From Rhodobacter capsulatus SB 1003 (GTDB taxonomy: Bacteria > Pseudomonadota > Alphaproteobacteria > Rhodobacterales > Rhodobacteraceae), in contig NC_014034.1 in assembly GCF_000021865.1 (NCBI RefSeq), positions 3,030,001 to 3,062,000 of the forward strand: a stretch of DNA of 32,000 nucleotides, given 5' to 3'. This document shows positions 8,040 to 16,682 of the stretch, piece after piece. Within the stretch, counting starts at the first letter, position 1. The number at the start of each line of letters is the position of its first letter. A model generated the notes under the pieces. The model was not told where the DNA came from, ran no database searches, and saw only the letters and a list, made by a program, of their open reading frames with translations. The position numbers and the translations under genes are program-made.

Positions 8040-10493
8040 TCAGCCCGCGATTTCGGCCCAGATCGCCTCGACCAGCCCCACCGCCGAGCGGCACGACAGC
8101 ACCAGATCGGCCACCGGCCCGGCCAGATCCGCACTGCGCCGCCCGGAGGCAGAGGCCAGCATCTCGGCCCGTTCGGCCTCCTCGGCCAGCGCGCGCAGCC
8201 CCACATGCCGCGCCGAGCTTTTCAGCCGATGCGCGATCATCGCCACCTCGTTCCAGCGCTCCGCCCCGACCGCCGTTTCCAGCGCCGCCGCAGTATGCCC
8301 CAGACTGGCCTTGAACGTGGCGACGATCCGCCCGGTCGGCCCCGTCCCCAGCGCCTCGGCATGGCCGCGCAGCACCGTCAGATCGACCAATCCCGCGCCC
8401 TGCCCCGCGCCGTCGTCCCGCAAAGGCCCGCCCGAGCCGACCGGCCGCGGCGAGGCAAAGCCGGTCAACCGGCGCAGCAGATCTTCCAGCCGGGCAAAGG
8501 CGAAGGGTTTCGCCAGAAAGCCGCCGATCCCCGCCGCCGCCAGCGCCGCCGCATCGACCGCGGGCCCATGCGCCGACAGCGCCGCGATCGGCAGCCGCGC
8601 AATCGCCGGATCGGCATGGGCGCGGATCGCCCGGCCCAGATCGAAGCCGCTCAGATCGGGCAGGTTGAGATCGGTCAGCACCAGATCGAACGCCTGCCCC
8701 GCCAGGGCCTGCAACGCCGCCTCGCCGGTCTCGGCCAGCCGCAGCTGATGCCCGGCCTGACGCAACAGCGTCTCGGTCACCAGCCGGTTCACCGCGTCAT
8801 CCTCGACGATCAGCAACCGCAGCGCCTTCGCGGGCAGCGCCTGCGCCTTGGCCCGCGCCCGGGCGCAATCCGCCCCCTGCCGCGCCGCCAGATCAAGGGA
8901 CACCGCCAGCCGGAAACAACTGCCCTCGCCCGGATGGCTTTCGACCGTCAGCTCCGCCCCCATCAGCTCGGCCAGCCTGCGCGAGATCGCCAGCCCCAGC
9001 CCGGTGCCGCCATGCTTGCGCTCGATCGAGCTGTCGGATTGGGTGAAGGGGCGGAAGATCTGCTCCAGCCGCTCGGACGCGATGCCCGGGCCGGTGTCGC
9101 GCACCGAAAACCGCACCAGCACCCGCCCCGGGCTGCGCGAGATCAGGTCAAGCCCGATCACCACCGCCCCCGCCTCGGTGAATTTCACCGCATTGCCCGC
9201 CAGATTGAGCAGGATCTGCCGCAGCTTCGCCGGATCGCCGCTGACGCAGGGCAGATCGGCCGGGGCATCGACATGCAGCACCAGCCCGGGCTTGCGCGCC
9301 ACCAGCGGCTCGATCACCCGGGCGACCTCGGCCGTCACCTCGCCCAGCGGAAAATCCACCCGTTCCAGCATCATCCCGCCCGCCTCGATGCGGGAATAAT
9401 CGAGGATCTCCGAGACGATCGAGGTCAGCACCCGGGCCGAGCGGTCGATCGCCTCGACATAGCCCGCCGCGCGCGGCGGCAAGTCGTCCTGCCGCAACAG
9501 CTCGACGATGCCGCCGATGGAATGGATGGGGGTGCGGATCTCGTGGCTCATCGTCGCCAGGAAATCGGTCTTCGCCCGGGCCAGCGCCTCGGCCTCCTCG
9601 CGGGCGCGGCGCTCGTCGGTGACATCGGTGAAGCTGATCACCGTGCCCAGAAACTTGCGCGACACATCCAGCATTTCCTGCGTCGAGACCGAGACCCAGC
9701 GCCGCCCGTCGATCGTGTCGATCTCGTGTTCGGGCAAAAGCGGGCCGATGCCGCGCGGATCAAGCCCGAACAGCCCCTGAAAGCTGCGCCGCGCCGCCGC
9801 GCCGTAATAGACCGAGCCGGGCACGACATCCTTCGACAAAAGCAGCGCCGCGGCATGGTTCATGTTCTCGATCGCGCCCTCGGCATCGATCAGGAAGACC
9901 GGGGTCTGGATGCTTTCGAAAATCGTCAGATACTTGTTCTTTTCGGTCACGACGCGCTGGTTTTCCGCCAGAAGCTGTTCCTGACCGGCATCGACGACAC
10001 CGCGCCCCCATTGCGTGCAGATGCCGATTTCGGCGCGGTCGAAAAAGCCGCGCAACAGCCGCAGATACAGCGTCTCGGTCGCGGCGGGAAAGCCCGTCAT
10101 CTGCACCAGCCGCAGATAGCTGTCACGGTAGCCCTTGAAATTGCTCAGAAACATCGCCAGCGGCACGCCGCGCAGCCCGTGCCTGCGGGCGACCTCGATG
10201 CCATAGGCGGTCGAGGGATCCCCGCCGATGTCGCTGTCGTAATCGGCCTCGGCGGCGCCGCGGGTTTCCAGCATCAGCGCGATGGCGCCATTGAGCCCCT
10301 GCACCGAGGCCCGCCAGGCCTCGGGCAGCGTCGAGACATGGGCATTGTAGCTGCGGGTGATCGAATAGGCGATGTGCATCTCGATCAGCCGGGTCTCGTT
10401 CGCCTGCAGGAACCGTGTCAGCGCGGTCAGATCGGCGCGGGCGGCCTCTTCCGCCGCCGGAGGGGCAAACTGGCCTTGATGTTCGGATATCAT
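8040..10493 (-). CDS. dorS: Hybrid sensor histidine kinase DorS (TorS-like: sensor domain, PAS, HisKA, HATPase, REC, HPt)
   Basis: H-box ATMSHEIRTPI, an HATPase region with DTGPGI and GGTGLGLAI, a receiver (LRLLIVEDD...DLVLTDLNLPD...KPF) and a C-terminal HPt (HRLKSSARHVGL). I place the start at Met79 of the track ORF (ATG 10491-10493, MISEHQGQF). The upstream 78 codons are R/W/G-rich noise and would contain the FNR box. Confidence 0.85.
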   Translation of the reverse strand: MISEHQGQFAPPAAEEAARADLTALTRFLQANETRLIEMHIAYSITRSYNAHVSTLPEAWRASVQGLNGAIALMLETRGAAEADYDSDIGGDPSTAYGIEVARRHGLRGVPLAMFLSNFKGYRDSYLRLVQMTGFPAATETLYLRLLRGFFDRAEIGICTQWGRGVVDAGQEQLLAENQRVVTEKNKYLTIFESIQTPVFLIDAEGAIENMNHAAALLLSKDVVPGSVYYGAAARRSFQGLFGLDPRGIGPLLPEHEIDTIDGRRWVSVSTQEMLDVSRKFLGTVISFTDVTDERRAREEAEALARAKTDFLATMSHEIRTPIHSIGGIVELLRQDDLPPRAAGYVEAIDRSARVLTSIVSEILDYSRIEAGGMMLERVDFPLGEVTAEVARVIEPLVARKPGLVLHVDAPADLPCVSGDPAKLRQILLNLAGNAVKFTEAGAVVIGLDLISRSPGRVLVRFSVRDTGPGIASERLEQIFRPFTQSDSSIERKHGGTGLGLAISRRLAELMGAELTVESHPGEGSCFRLAVSLDLAARQGADCARARAKAQALPAKALRLLIVEDDAVNRLVTETLLRQAGHQLRLAETGEAALQALAGQAFDLVLTDLNLPDLSGFDLGRAIRAHADPAIARLPIAALSAHGPAVDAAALAAAGIGGFLAKPFAFARLEDLLRRLTGFASPRPVGSGGPLRDDGAGQGAGLVDLTVLRGHAEALGTGPTGRIVATFKASLGHTAAALETAVGAERWNEVAMIAHRLKSSARHVGLRALAEEAERAEMLASASGRRSADLAGPVADLVLSCRSAVGLVEAIWAEIAG

Positions 10494-10634
10494 TCGCAAC
10501 GTCCAGATCGTGGCACCCCTGCGGGCGCGTCTTCTTGTGCCGGTCCCCCGGCGCCAACCCCAAGCCACGGCCCAAGGGCCCGCATCATCGTCACGAAACA
10601 GCATCCCTGTTAGCGCAGACGGCGCCGCCCCGCC

Positions 10635-10648
10635 TTGATCGGGATCAA
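10635..10648. promoter_or_regulatory. Perfect FNR/FnrL box TTGAT-CGGG-ATCAA upstream of dorS
   Basis: An exact match to the TTGAT-N4-ATCAA consensus. Its centre lies about 148 bp upstream of the proposed dorS ATG and about 110 bp upstream of the TPP aptamer on the other strand. Confidence 0.6.
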
Positions 10649-10749
10649 AGGCCCCGCTCGCAGCCGCGACAGGAGCGGCAATCCGCGCGGCCGCGGCGGA
10701 AACATCCTGTCCCCGGCCACTGGACAAGCCCCGCCATCCGTGCTTCCCT

Positions 10750-10840
10750 GCCCTTGCGACAGGGGCGTCCGGGCATCCGGGCTGAGAAGCACCCTTTGAA
10801 CCTGAACCAGATCATGCTGGCGTAGGGAGTCCGCAACCGG
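10750..10840 (+). promoter_or_regulatory. TPP (THI-box) riboswitch aptamer
   Basis: Canonical elements are present in order: GGGGCG, a CCGG-GCAT-CCGG hairpin, CTGAGA, ACCCTTTGAACCTGA, a CCAG-ATCAT-GCTGG hairpin, and CGTAGGGA. P1 closes with TTGCGAC (10754-10760) and GTCCGCAA (10829-10836). It lies directly 5' of thiM. Confidence 0.88.
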
Positions 10841-10867
10841 TGTCGGACCCAGCGTCCGCCCGGCTTC

Positions 10868-10891
10868 GGTCTTCCGCGTCATGGGAGGACC
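10868..10891 (+). promoter_or_regulatory. Shine-Dalgarno-sequestering hairpin (riboswitch expression platform)
   Basis: GGTCTTCC (10868-10875) pairs with GGAGGACC (10884-10891) through 7 Watson-Crick pairs and 1 G-U. This buries the GGGAGGA Shine-Dalgarno of the thiM ATG at 10893. The CTTCC segment could alternatively pair with the aptamer GGGAG (10825-10829). Confidence 0.45.
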
Positions 10892-10892
10892 G

Positions 10893-11699
10893 ATGACCGA
10901 AACCGGATCGTTCGCAGCTGTGGGACAGCCGCTTGCGCAGATGCGGGCCACTGCGCCGCTTGTGCACAACATCACCAATTTCGTCGCGATGAACGTGATG
11001 GCGAATGTGCAGCTGGCCGTTGGGGCCTCGCCCGCGATGCTGCATGCTTTGCCCGAGGTGGCGGAATTTGCCGCGCTCTGCGGCGCGCTGACGGTGAATA
11101 TCGGCACGGCGGATGCCGACTGGGCCGAAGGCATGGTGCAGGCGGCGCGGATGATGCACCGGCTGAACCGGCCCTGGGTGCTCGATCCGGTCGGCATCGG
11201 CGCGACGCAGTTCCGCAAGGATCTCTGCGCTAGGCTGCTCGATCTGCGCCCGACGGTGATCCGCGCCAATGCCTCGGAGATCCTGGCGCTGGCGGGGCTG
11301 GGCGGGCAGGCGCATGGCGTCGATGCGCGCGACACGGTCGCGGCGGCCGAGGTGGCGGCGGCGCAACTGGCCGCGCGGACGGGCGGCGTCGTCGCGGTCT
11401 CGGGGCCCGTCGATTACGTCACCGACGGGAGCCGCGCCTTCCGCATCGGCAATGGCCATGCGCTGATGCCGCAGGTGACGGCGCTCGGCTGTTCGCTCAA
11501 CGGGGTGATCGGCGCCTTTCTGGTCGGGCAAAAGCCGCTTGAGGCCACGGTGGCGGCGCTGGCCTATTACGGTCTGGCGGGCGAGATCGCCGCAAGGGAG
11601 GCCAAGGGCCCGGGCAGTTTCGCCGTGGCCTTCCTTGACGCGCTGGCCAATCTGACGCCCGAGGCGCTGAGTGCCGGGGCAAAGGTGCGCGCGGCATGA
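10893..11699 (+). CDS. thiM: Hydroxyethylthiazole kinase ThiM
   Basis: The ThiM signature is present (PLVHNITNFVAMNVMANVQLAVGASPAM...). I prefer the second ATG (10893) because GGGAGGA lies 4-10 nt upstream. The track ORF starts at 10881. Confidence 0.9.
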   Translation: MTETGSFAAVGQPLAQMRATAPLVHNITNFVAMNVMANVQLAVGASPAMLHALPEVAEFAALCGALTVNIGTADADWAEGMVQAARMMHRLNRPWVLDPVGIGATQFRKDLCARLLDLRPTVIRANASEILALAGLGGQAHGVDARDTVAAAEVAAAQLAARTGGVVAVSGPVDYVTDGSRAFRIGNGHALMPQVTALGCSLNGVIGAFLVGQKPLEATVAALAYYGLAGEIAAREAKGPGSFAVAFLDALANLTPEALSAGAKVRAA

Positions 11700-12307
11700 T
11701 CGGGCCCGTCTATGTCATCACCGACCCGGGGGCGGCGCTTTCCGTGCCCGATCAGGCCCGGGCCGCGGCCCGCGGCGGCGCCCGCGCGGTGCAGTTGCGC
11801 GACAAGACCGCCTCCGATGCAGATCTGCTGGCGCTCGCCCGGCAGCTGTTGCCCGAGATGCGGGCGCATGGGGTGAAGCTCTTCCTGAATGACCGGATCG
11901 AAGTGGCCATCGCCGCCGGGGCGGACGGGCTGCATATCGGGCAGGGCGACGGCGACCCCGTTGCCATCCGCGCCCGGATCGGGGCGGGGATGCTGCTGGG
12001 GCTCTCGATCGAGACCGAGGCGCAGGCCAGCCGCCTTCCCGGCTGCGTCGATTACATCGGCGCGGGGCCGGTGCGGGCGACGGCGACGAAACCCGATGCC
12101 GCCGCGCCCATAGGCTTTGACGGGCTGGCCCGGATCGCCCGGCTGGTCGCGGTGCCGACGCTCGCCATCGGCGGGCTGACCCGGGCCGACATTCCGGCGC
12201 TGAAAGCCGCGGGCGTGGCCGGGATGGCCGTCGTTTCCGCCGTCACCCGCGCCCCCGACGCCGAAGCCGCCTGCCGGGCACTCGTGCAGGACTGGAGGCC
12301 GCGATGA
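11696..12307 (+). CDS. thiE: Thiamine-phosphate synthase ThiE
   Basis: 203 aa. TMP-TENI family pattern (VYVITD..., VQLRDK, GADGLHIGQGD, IGAGPV..T.TK, AIGG). ATGA overlap with thiM. Confidence 0.9.
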   Translation: MIGPVYVITDPGAALSVPDQARAAARGGARAVQLRDKTASDADLLALARQLLPEMRAHGVKLFLNDRIEVAIAAGADGLHIGQGDGDPVAIRARIGAGMLLGLSIETEAQASRLPGCVDYIGAGPVRATATKPDAAAPIGFDGLARIARLVAVPTLAIGGLTRADIPALKAAGVAGMAVVSAVTRAPDAEAACRALVQDWRPR

Positions 12308-13101
12308 TCCCCAACATTCTGTCGATTGCCGGCTCCGACCCCTCGGGCGGGGCGGGGATTCAGGCCGATCTGAAAGCGATTTCCGCCAATGGCGGCTATG
12401 CGATGGCGGCGCTGACCGCGCTGACGGCGCAAAACACCCGCGGCGTCACCGCCGTCGATCCGATCCGCCCCGCGATGGTCACGGCGCAGATCGCCGCGAT
12501 CCGGGCCGATATCCGCATCGATGCGGTGAAAATCGGGATGCTGGGCGACAGCGCGATCATCGCCGCCGTGGCCGCCGCGCTCGAGGGGCTTTCGGCCCCC
12601 CTCGTCCTTGATCCGGTGATGGTGGCCAAGGGCGGCGACCGGCTTCTGGCGATGGATGCCGTCACCGCCCTGCGCCAGATCCTGCTGCCCCGCGCCGCGG
12701 TGATCACCCCGAACCTGCCCGAAGCGGCCGATCTTCTGGGCTGCGCCGTGGCGCAAGGCCGGGCCGAGATGGTCGCGCAGGCCCGCGGGCTTCGGGTGCT
12801 GGGCGCGCGGGCGGTCTATCTCAAGGGCGGGCATCTGCCCGGGGCCATCTGCCCCGATCTGCTGCTCGATGCCGCGGGCGAGGTCTGGTTCGAGGCGCCG
12901 CGGGTCGAGACGAAAAACACCCATGGCACCGGCTGCACCCTGTCTTCGGCCTGGGCGACGCAGCTGGCCCGCATCCCCGATCTGCGCCAGGCCGCCGCCG
13001 CCGCCCGCGCCTATACGCTGCGCGCCATCGCCGCGGCCGACCGGCTTTCGGTCGGACAAGGCCATGGCCCGCTGGATCATTTCTTTTCGATGAGGTCGTA
13101 A
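12304..13101 (+). CDS. thiD: Hydroxymethylpyrimidine/phosphomethylpyrimidine kinase ThiD
   Basis: 265 aa. The N-terminus is typical of ThiD (ILSIAGSDPSGGAGIQADLKA) and a GTGCTLSSA motif is present. ATGA overlap with thiE. Confidence 0.92.
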   Translation: MIPNILSIAGSDPSGGAGIQADLKAISANGGYAMAALTALTAQNTRGVTAVDPIRPAMVTAQIAAIRADIRIDAVKIGMLGDSAIIAAVAAALEGLSAPLVLDPVMVAKGGDRLLAMDAVTALRQILLPRAAVITPNLPEAADLLGCAVAQGRAEMVAQARGLRVLGARAVYLKGGHLPGAICPDLLLDAAGEVWFEAPRVETKNTHGTGCTLSSAWATQLARIPDLRQAAAAARAYTLRAIAAADRLSVGQGHGPLDHFFSMRS

Positions 13102-13102
13102 G

Positions 13103-14026
13103 ATGAAACCGCTTCTGCTTGCCCTTTTGCTGCTGGCCCCCCGGGCCGAGGCCGCCGAGAGCCTCTCGGTCATGCTCGATTGGTTCGTGAACCCCGATCA
13201 CGGGCCGATCATCGTCGCCGCCGAGCGCGGCTATTTCACCGAGGCCGGGCTGGACGTGACGCTGATCCCGCCCGCCGACCCGTCCGACCCGCCGAAGATG
13301 GCCGCCGCCGGGCAGGTCGATCTGGCGGTCAGCTACCAGCCGCAGCTGTATCTTCAGCATGCCGCGGGGCTGGGCCTGAAACGGGTCGGAACGCTGATCA
13401 ATGCGCCGCTTTACTGCGTCATGGCCGATGCGGCGGGGCCGGTGCACACCATGGCCGATCTGCGCGGTCGCAAGGTCGGCTATTCGCTGGCGGGGATCGA
13501 GGCGGCGCTGATGCAGCGGATGCTGCGCCACAACGGCGTCGATCCCGCCGAGGTCGAGACGATCAACGTCAATTTCGCGCTGACCCCCGCGGTGGCGACG
13601 GGGCAGGTCGCGGCGGTCTCGGGGGCGTTTCGGAACTTCGAGCTGCATCAGATGGCGGCCGTCGGCCATCAGGGCCGCTGCTTCCTGCCCGAGGAAAACG
13701 GCGTGCCCGCCTATGACGAGCTGATCTATCTGGCCCGCGCCGATCTGGCGCATGATGACCGCATCGCCCGGTTTCTGGCCGCGACCGGCCGCGCCGCCGC
13801 CGAGATCGCCGCCGATCCGCAGGCGGGCTGGGACACGTTCCGCGCCCATGCGGCGGAACTGGATGACCCGCTGAACGCCAAGGCCTGGCCCGACACCTGG
13901 CCGCATTTCGCCCGCGATCCGGCGGCGCTGGATACAGCGCGCTACCGCGATTTCGGCGCCTTCCTGGTGGAAACCGGGCTGATTCCGACCGCCCCGCCGG
14001 TGGAGACGATCGCGGTGGGCAAATGA
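13103..14026 (+). CDS. thiY: Periplasmic NMT1/THI5-like substrate-binding protein of a pyrimidine-precursor ABC importer (ThiY-type)
   Basis: 307 aa with a signal peptide (MKPLLLALLLLAPRAEA). The NMT1/THI5-like start (LSVMLDWFVNPDHGPIIVA.ERGYF) is present. It starts 1 nt after the thiD stop. The symbol follows the thiXYZ naming and is assigned from context. Confidence 0.75.
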   Translation: MKPLLLALLLLAPRAEAAESLSVMLDWFVNPDHGPIIVAAERGYFTEAGLDVTLIPPADPSDPPKMAAAGQVDLAVSYQPQLYLQHAAGLGLKRVGTLINAPLYCVMADAAGPVHTMADLRGRKVGYSLAGIEAALMQRMLRHNGVDPAEVETINVNFALTPAVATGQVAAVSGAFRNFELHQMAAVGHQGRCFLPEENGVPAYDELIYLARADLAHDDRIARFLAATGRAAAEIAADPQAGWDTFRAHAAELDDPLNAKAWPDTWPHFARDPAALDTARYRDFGAFLVETGLIPTAPPVETIAVGK

Positions 14027-14712
14027 CCGTTGCGATCGCGGGTCAGGTCTGGCTGGGCGGGCGCCCGCTTGTCGCCGCGCTTGATCTGCGGCTGACCCCC
14101 GGCTGGACCTGCCTTCTGGGGGCCTCCGGCGCCGGGAAGTCGACGCTTTTGCGGCTTTTGGCCGGGCTGCCCGTCGCGGCCCGGCTGGAGGGCACCCGGC
14201 AGGCGCCCGACCGCATCGGCTGGATGGCGCAGGCCGATCTGTTGCAGCCGCGGCTCTCGGTTCTGGGCAATCTGCGGCTGATGGCGCGGCTGCGCGGCGA
14301 GCCCCTGCCCCGCCCCCGGGCCGAGGCTTTGCTGGAGGCCGTCGGGCTGGCGGGCCGCGGTGCCGACCGGCCCGAGGCGCTGTCGGGCGGCGAGCGGCAG
14401 CGCCTTGCGCTGGCCCGGGTGCTGGCCGATGATGCCGCGCTTGTGGCGCTCGATGAACCCTTTTCCGCGCTTGATGTCCCCACCCGCGCCGCGATGCAGG
14501 ATCTGGCGGCGGCCTGTCTTGCGGGCAAGACCGTGGTGATGGTGACCCATGATCCGACCGAGGCTCTGCGGCTGGGCGACCGGGTGTTGCTGCTGCAAGA
14601 CGCCCTGCTGCACGAGATCCCGCCCCTGCCCGGGCCGCGTCCGGTGCCGCTTTCCGATCCGGGGCTGGCGCAGGCGGCGGCGGCGCTTCTGGCGCGGATG
14701 CGGCGGCCATGA
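14023..14712 (+). CDS. thiZ: ABC transporter ATP-binding protein (ThiZ-type)
   Basis: Walker A GASGAGKST, ABC signature LSGGERQR, Walker B LVALDEPFSALD. ATGA overlap with thiY. Confidence 0.85.
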   Translation: MTVAIAGQVWLGGRPLVAALDLRLTPGWTCLLGASGAGKSTLLRLLAGLPVAARLEGTRQAPDRIGWMAQADLLQPRLSVLGNLRLMARLRGEPLPRPRAEALLEAVGLAGRGADRPEALSGGERQRLALARVLADDAALVALDEPFSALDVPTRAAMQDLAAACLAGKTVVMVTHDPTEALRLGDRVLLLQDALLHEIPPLPGPRPVPLSDPGLAQAAAALLARMRRP

Positions 14713-15428
14713 GCGCGCGTATCTGGCCGGTTCTGGCGATTTTCGCGCTGTGGCAGGCGGTCTGCGCCGCGGCGCTGGTGCCCGCCTTCGTGCTGCCGCC
14801 GCCCTTGCGGGTGTTCGAAACGCTGTGGCACGAGCGCGGCCTGATCGGGCAGCACGCGCTGACCACCCTGGCCGAGACCGGCGCGGGGCTGGCGCTTGGC
14901 ATCGGCCTGGGCGTCACGCTGGCACTGGCGATGGCGCTGGCGCCATGGCTGCAAAGGCTGATCGGCCCGGTGCTGGCGGGGGCGCAGGCGCTGCCGGTCT
15001 TCGTGCTGGCGCCGGTGCTGGTGCTGTGGCTGGGCTATGGGCTGGGGCCCAAGGTGGCGATGGTGGCGCTGCTGGTGGTCTTTCCCGTCGCCTCGGGGCT
15101 GCATGACGGGCTTTGCGCCACGCCCGCGGCGGTGCTCGATCTGGCGCGGATCGCCCGGGCGTCACGGCTGCGCACGCTGCTCTGGCTGCGGCTGCCGCAT
15201 GCGCTGCCGCAGGGCGCCGCCGGGCTGCGCATCGCCGTCACCTATGCGCCCACCGGCGCGGTGATCGGCGAATGGGTGGGCGCGTCGCAGGGGCTCGGCT
15301 ATCTGATGCTGATGGCGAACGCCCGGATGCGCATCGATCTGATGTTCGCGGCGCTTCTGGTCATTCTGGCGCTGACGCTGCTGCTGAACCGGCTGACCGA
15401 CCGGGCGCTGGCGCGGGCGGGGCTGTGA
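14709..15428 (+). CDS. thiX: ABC transporter permease (ThiX-type, BPD_transp_1)
   Basis: 239 aa, strongly hydrophobic with about 6 TM segments. ATGA overlap with thiZ. It is the last gene of the riboswitch-controlled operon. Confidence 0.8.
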   Translation: MSARIWPVLAIFALWQAVCAAALVPAFVLPPPLRVFETLWHERGLIGQHALTTLAETGAGLALGIGLGVTLALAMALAPWLQRLIGPVLAGAQALPVFVLAPVLVLWLGYGLGPKVAMVALLVVFPVASGLHDGLCATPAAVLDLARIARASRLRTLLWLRLPHALPQGAAGLRIAVTYAPTGAVIGEWVGASQGLGYLMLMANARMRIDLMFAALLVILALTLLLNRLTDRALARAGL

Positions 15429-15443
15429 CCGCCCGCGCCGCGT

Positions 15444-16682
15444 TCATGCCATGCGCTGCGTGCGCTGGAACATCCGCATCGTCGTGCCGATCCCCTCCGA
15501 GAGCCGCATGATCGTTTCCAGCCGCAGCCGGATGTCGGAATGCGAGACATCGAGCTGGTCGATCGTCGCCGACAGCTGCGTGTTGGTGCCGCGCATCCGC
15601 CCGGTCTCCACCCGGCCCAGCACCCGGATCGTGTCGAGCCCCAGCATCTGACGGCGGATCTCGGCGCTGGCGCGGCCCAGCACCTCGGCATGGGCGATCG
15701 CCTGTTCCATCGCCGTGCCGGTGTCCTGCTGCGCCTGTGTCTCGATCGCGCGCAGGGTCTGGCGTTCCCGCGCCCAGTCGATCCCCGGCACCGGCGTCGC
15801 ATCGGCGAAGTTCTGCCGCATCTCCGACAGCACCCGATGCGCCCCGATCAGGAACAGCGCCTTCGACGCCTGCCGGGACACCCGGTCGCACAGGTTGTCG
15901 GGCCCGGAGACGAAGCTGCGCAGCCGTTCCGAAATCACCTGCGAGGAGCTGCGGTAGTTTTCCGAAATCGCCGAGACCGGCCCGCCCGAGGGCTCCAGCC
16001 GCGAGGCGATGATACGCATGTTGTTGGGCACCGATTGCAGCGCCTCGAAGCTGCGCAAAAGGTTGCGCTGCTCGCGCGAGACCTCTTCGAGCGAGGTGTT
16101 CAGCGCGATCAGCTGCGCGGTGCGGGCATCGGCCGGACGGCCCAGCCGGGCATCGCGGGCCGCCAGCTCCTGCCCCATCGCCGCGGCCATGAAGCTCGTG
16201 TAGCTGGAATATCCGGCCGCGGCGGCAAAGTCGCGCAGCGCCCGGGCCCCCTCGGCCGGGTCGAGCCCCTCGGCGCGTTCGCGCTGCGCGATTTCGGCAT
16301 AGATGTCGCGGACCCGGGCAAACAGCGGCGTCGAGGGTTTCATCCGCACCGACAGGAACCCGCCCGGCACCGGCAGCAGCACCGCGAAGACCCAGTAGTG
16401 ATCGCCGTTGCGGGCGCGGTTCTTCACATAGCCGCCCACCGGATCGCCCCTGCCAAGCGCGGTCCACAGGATGCGGAACACCCCGCGCGGCGTGTCGGGA
16501 TGGCGCACGACCTTGTGCGGGGCGCCCAGAAGGTCGCTCCAGCCAAAGCCGGAGACGCGCCGGAAGACCTCGTTGCCGGACAGGATCACGCCGCGGGGGT
16601 CGGTGCGCGAGAAGAAAAGCTCATGAAAGCCGAAATCGGCTTCTCCCTCCCGGGGGGGGGAGGTCGGACAGACTGCGTTCAT
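15444..16682 (-). CDS. Soluble Aer-like PAS signalling protein with a degenerate MCP-like helical C-terminus
   Basis: Residues about 20-100 match the Aer-type PAS pattern (FSRTDPRGVILSGNEVFRRVSGF...GAPHKVVRHPDTPRGVF...YVKNRARNGDHYWV). No TM segment is present. The C-terminal half is helical and holds two stretches that only loosely resemble the MCP hairpin (NNMRIIASRLEPSGGPVSAISENY and TIRVLGRVETGRMRG). Confidence 0.7.
   Translation of the reverse strand: MNAVCPTSPPREGEADFGFHELFFSRTDPRGVILSGNEVFRRVSGFGWSDLLGAPHKVVRHPDTPRGVFRILWTALGRGDPVGGYVKNRARNGDHYWVFAVLLPVPGGFLSVRMKPSTPLFARVRDIYAEIAQRERAEGLDPAEGARALRDFAAAAGYSSYTSFMAAAMGQELAARDARLGRPADARTAQLIALNTSLEEVSREQRNLLRSFEALQSVPNNMRIIASRLEPSGGPVSAISENYRSSSQVISERLRSFVSGPDNLCDRVSRQASKALFLIGAHRVLSEMRQNFADATPVPGIDWARERQTLRAIETQAQQDTGTAMEQAIAHAEVLGRASAEIRRQMLGLDTIRVLGRVETGRMRGTNTQLSATIDQLDVSHSDIRLRLETIMRLSEGIGTTMRMFQRTQRMA

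Noticed and set aside
10494-10727. Upstream extension of dorS to the ATG at 10727
   Set aside because: The extension contains a perfect FNR box, its translation is R/W/G-rich, and no domain begins there. The Shine-Dalgarno before 10493 is weak, so the exact start remains uncertain.
15429-15443. Possible terminator between the convergent thiX and PAS genes
   Set aside because: The spacer is only 15 nt and I could find no stable stem.
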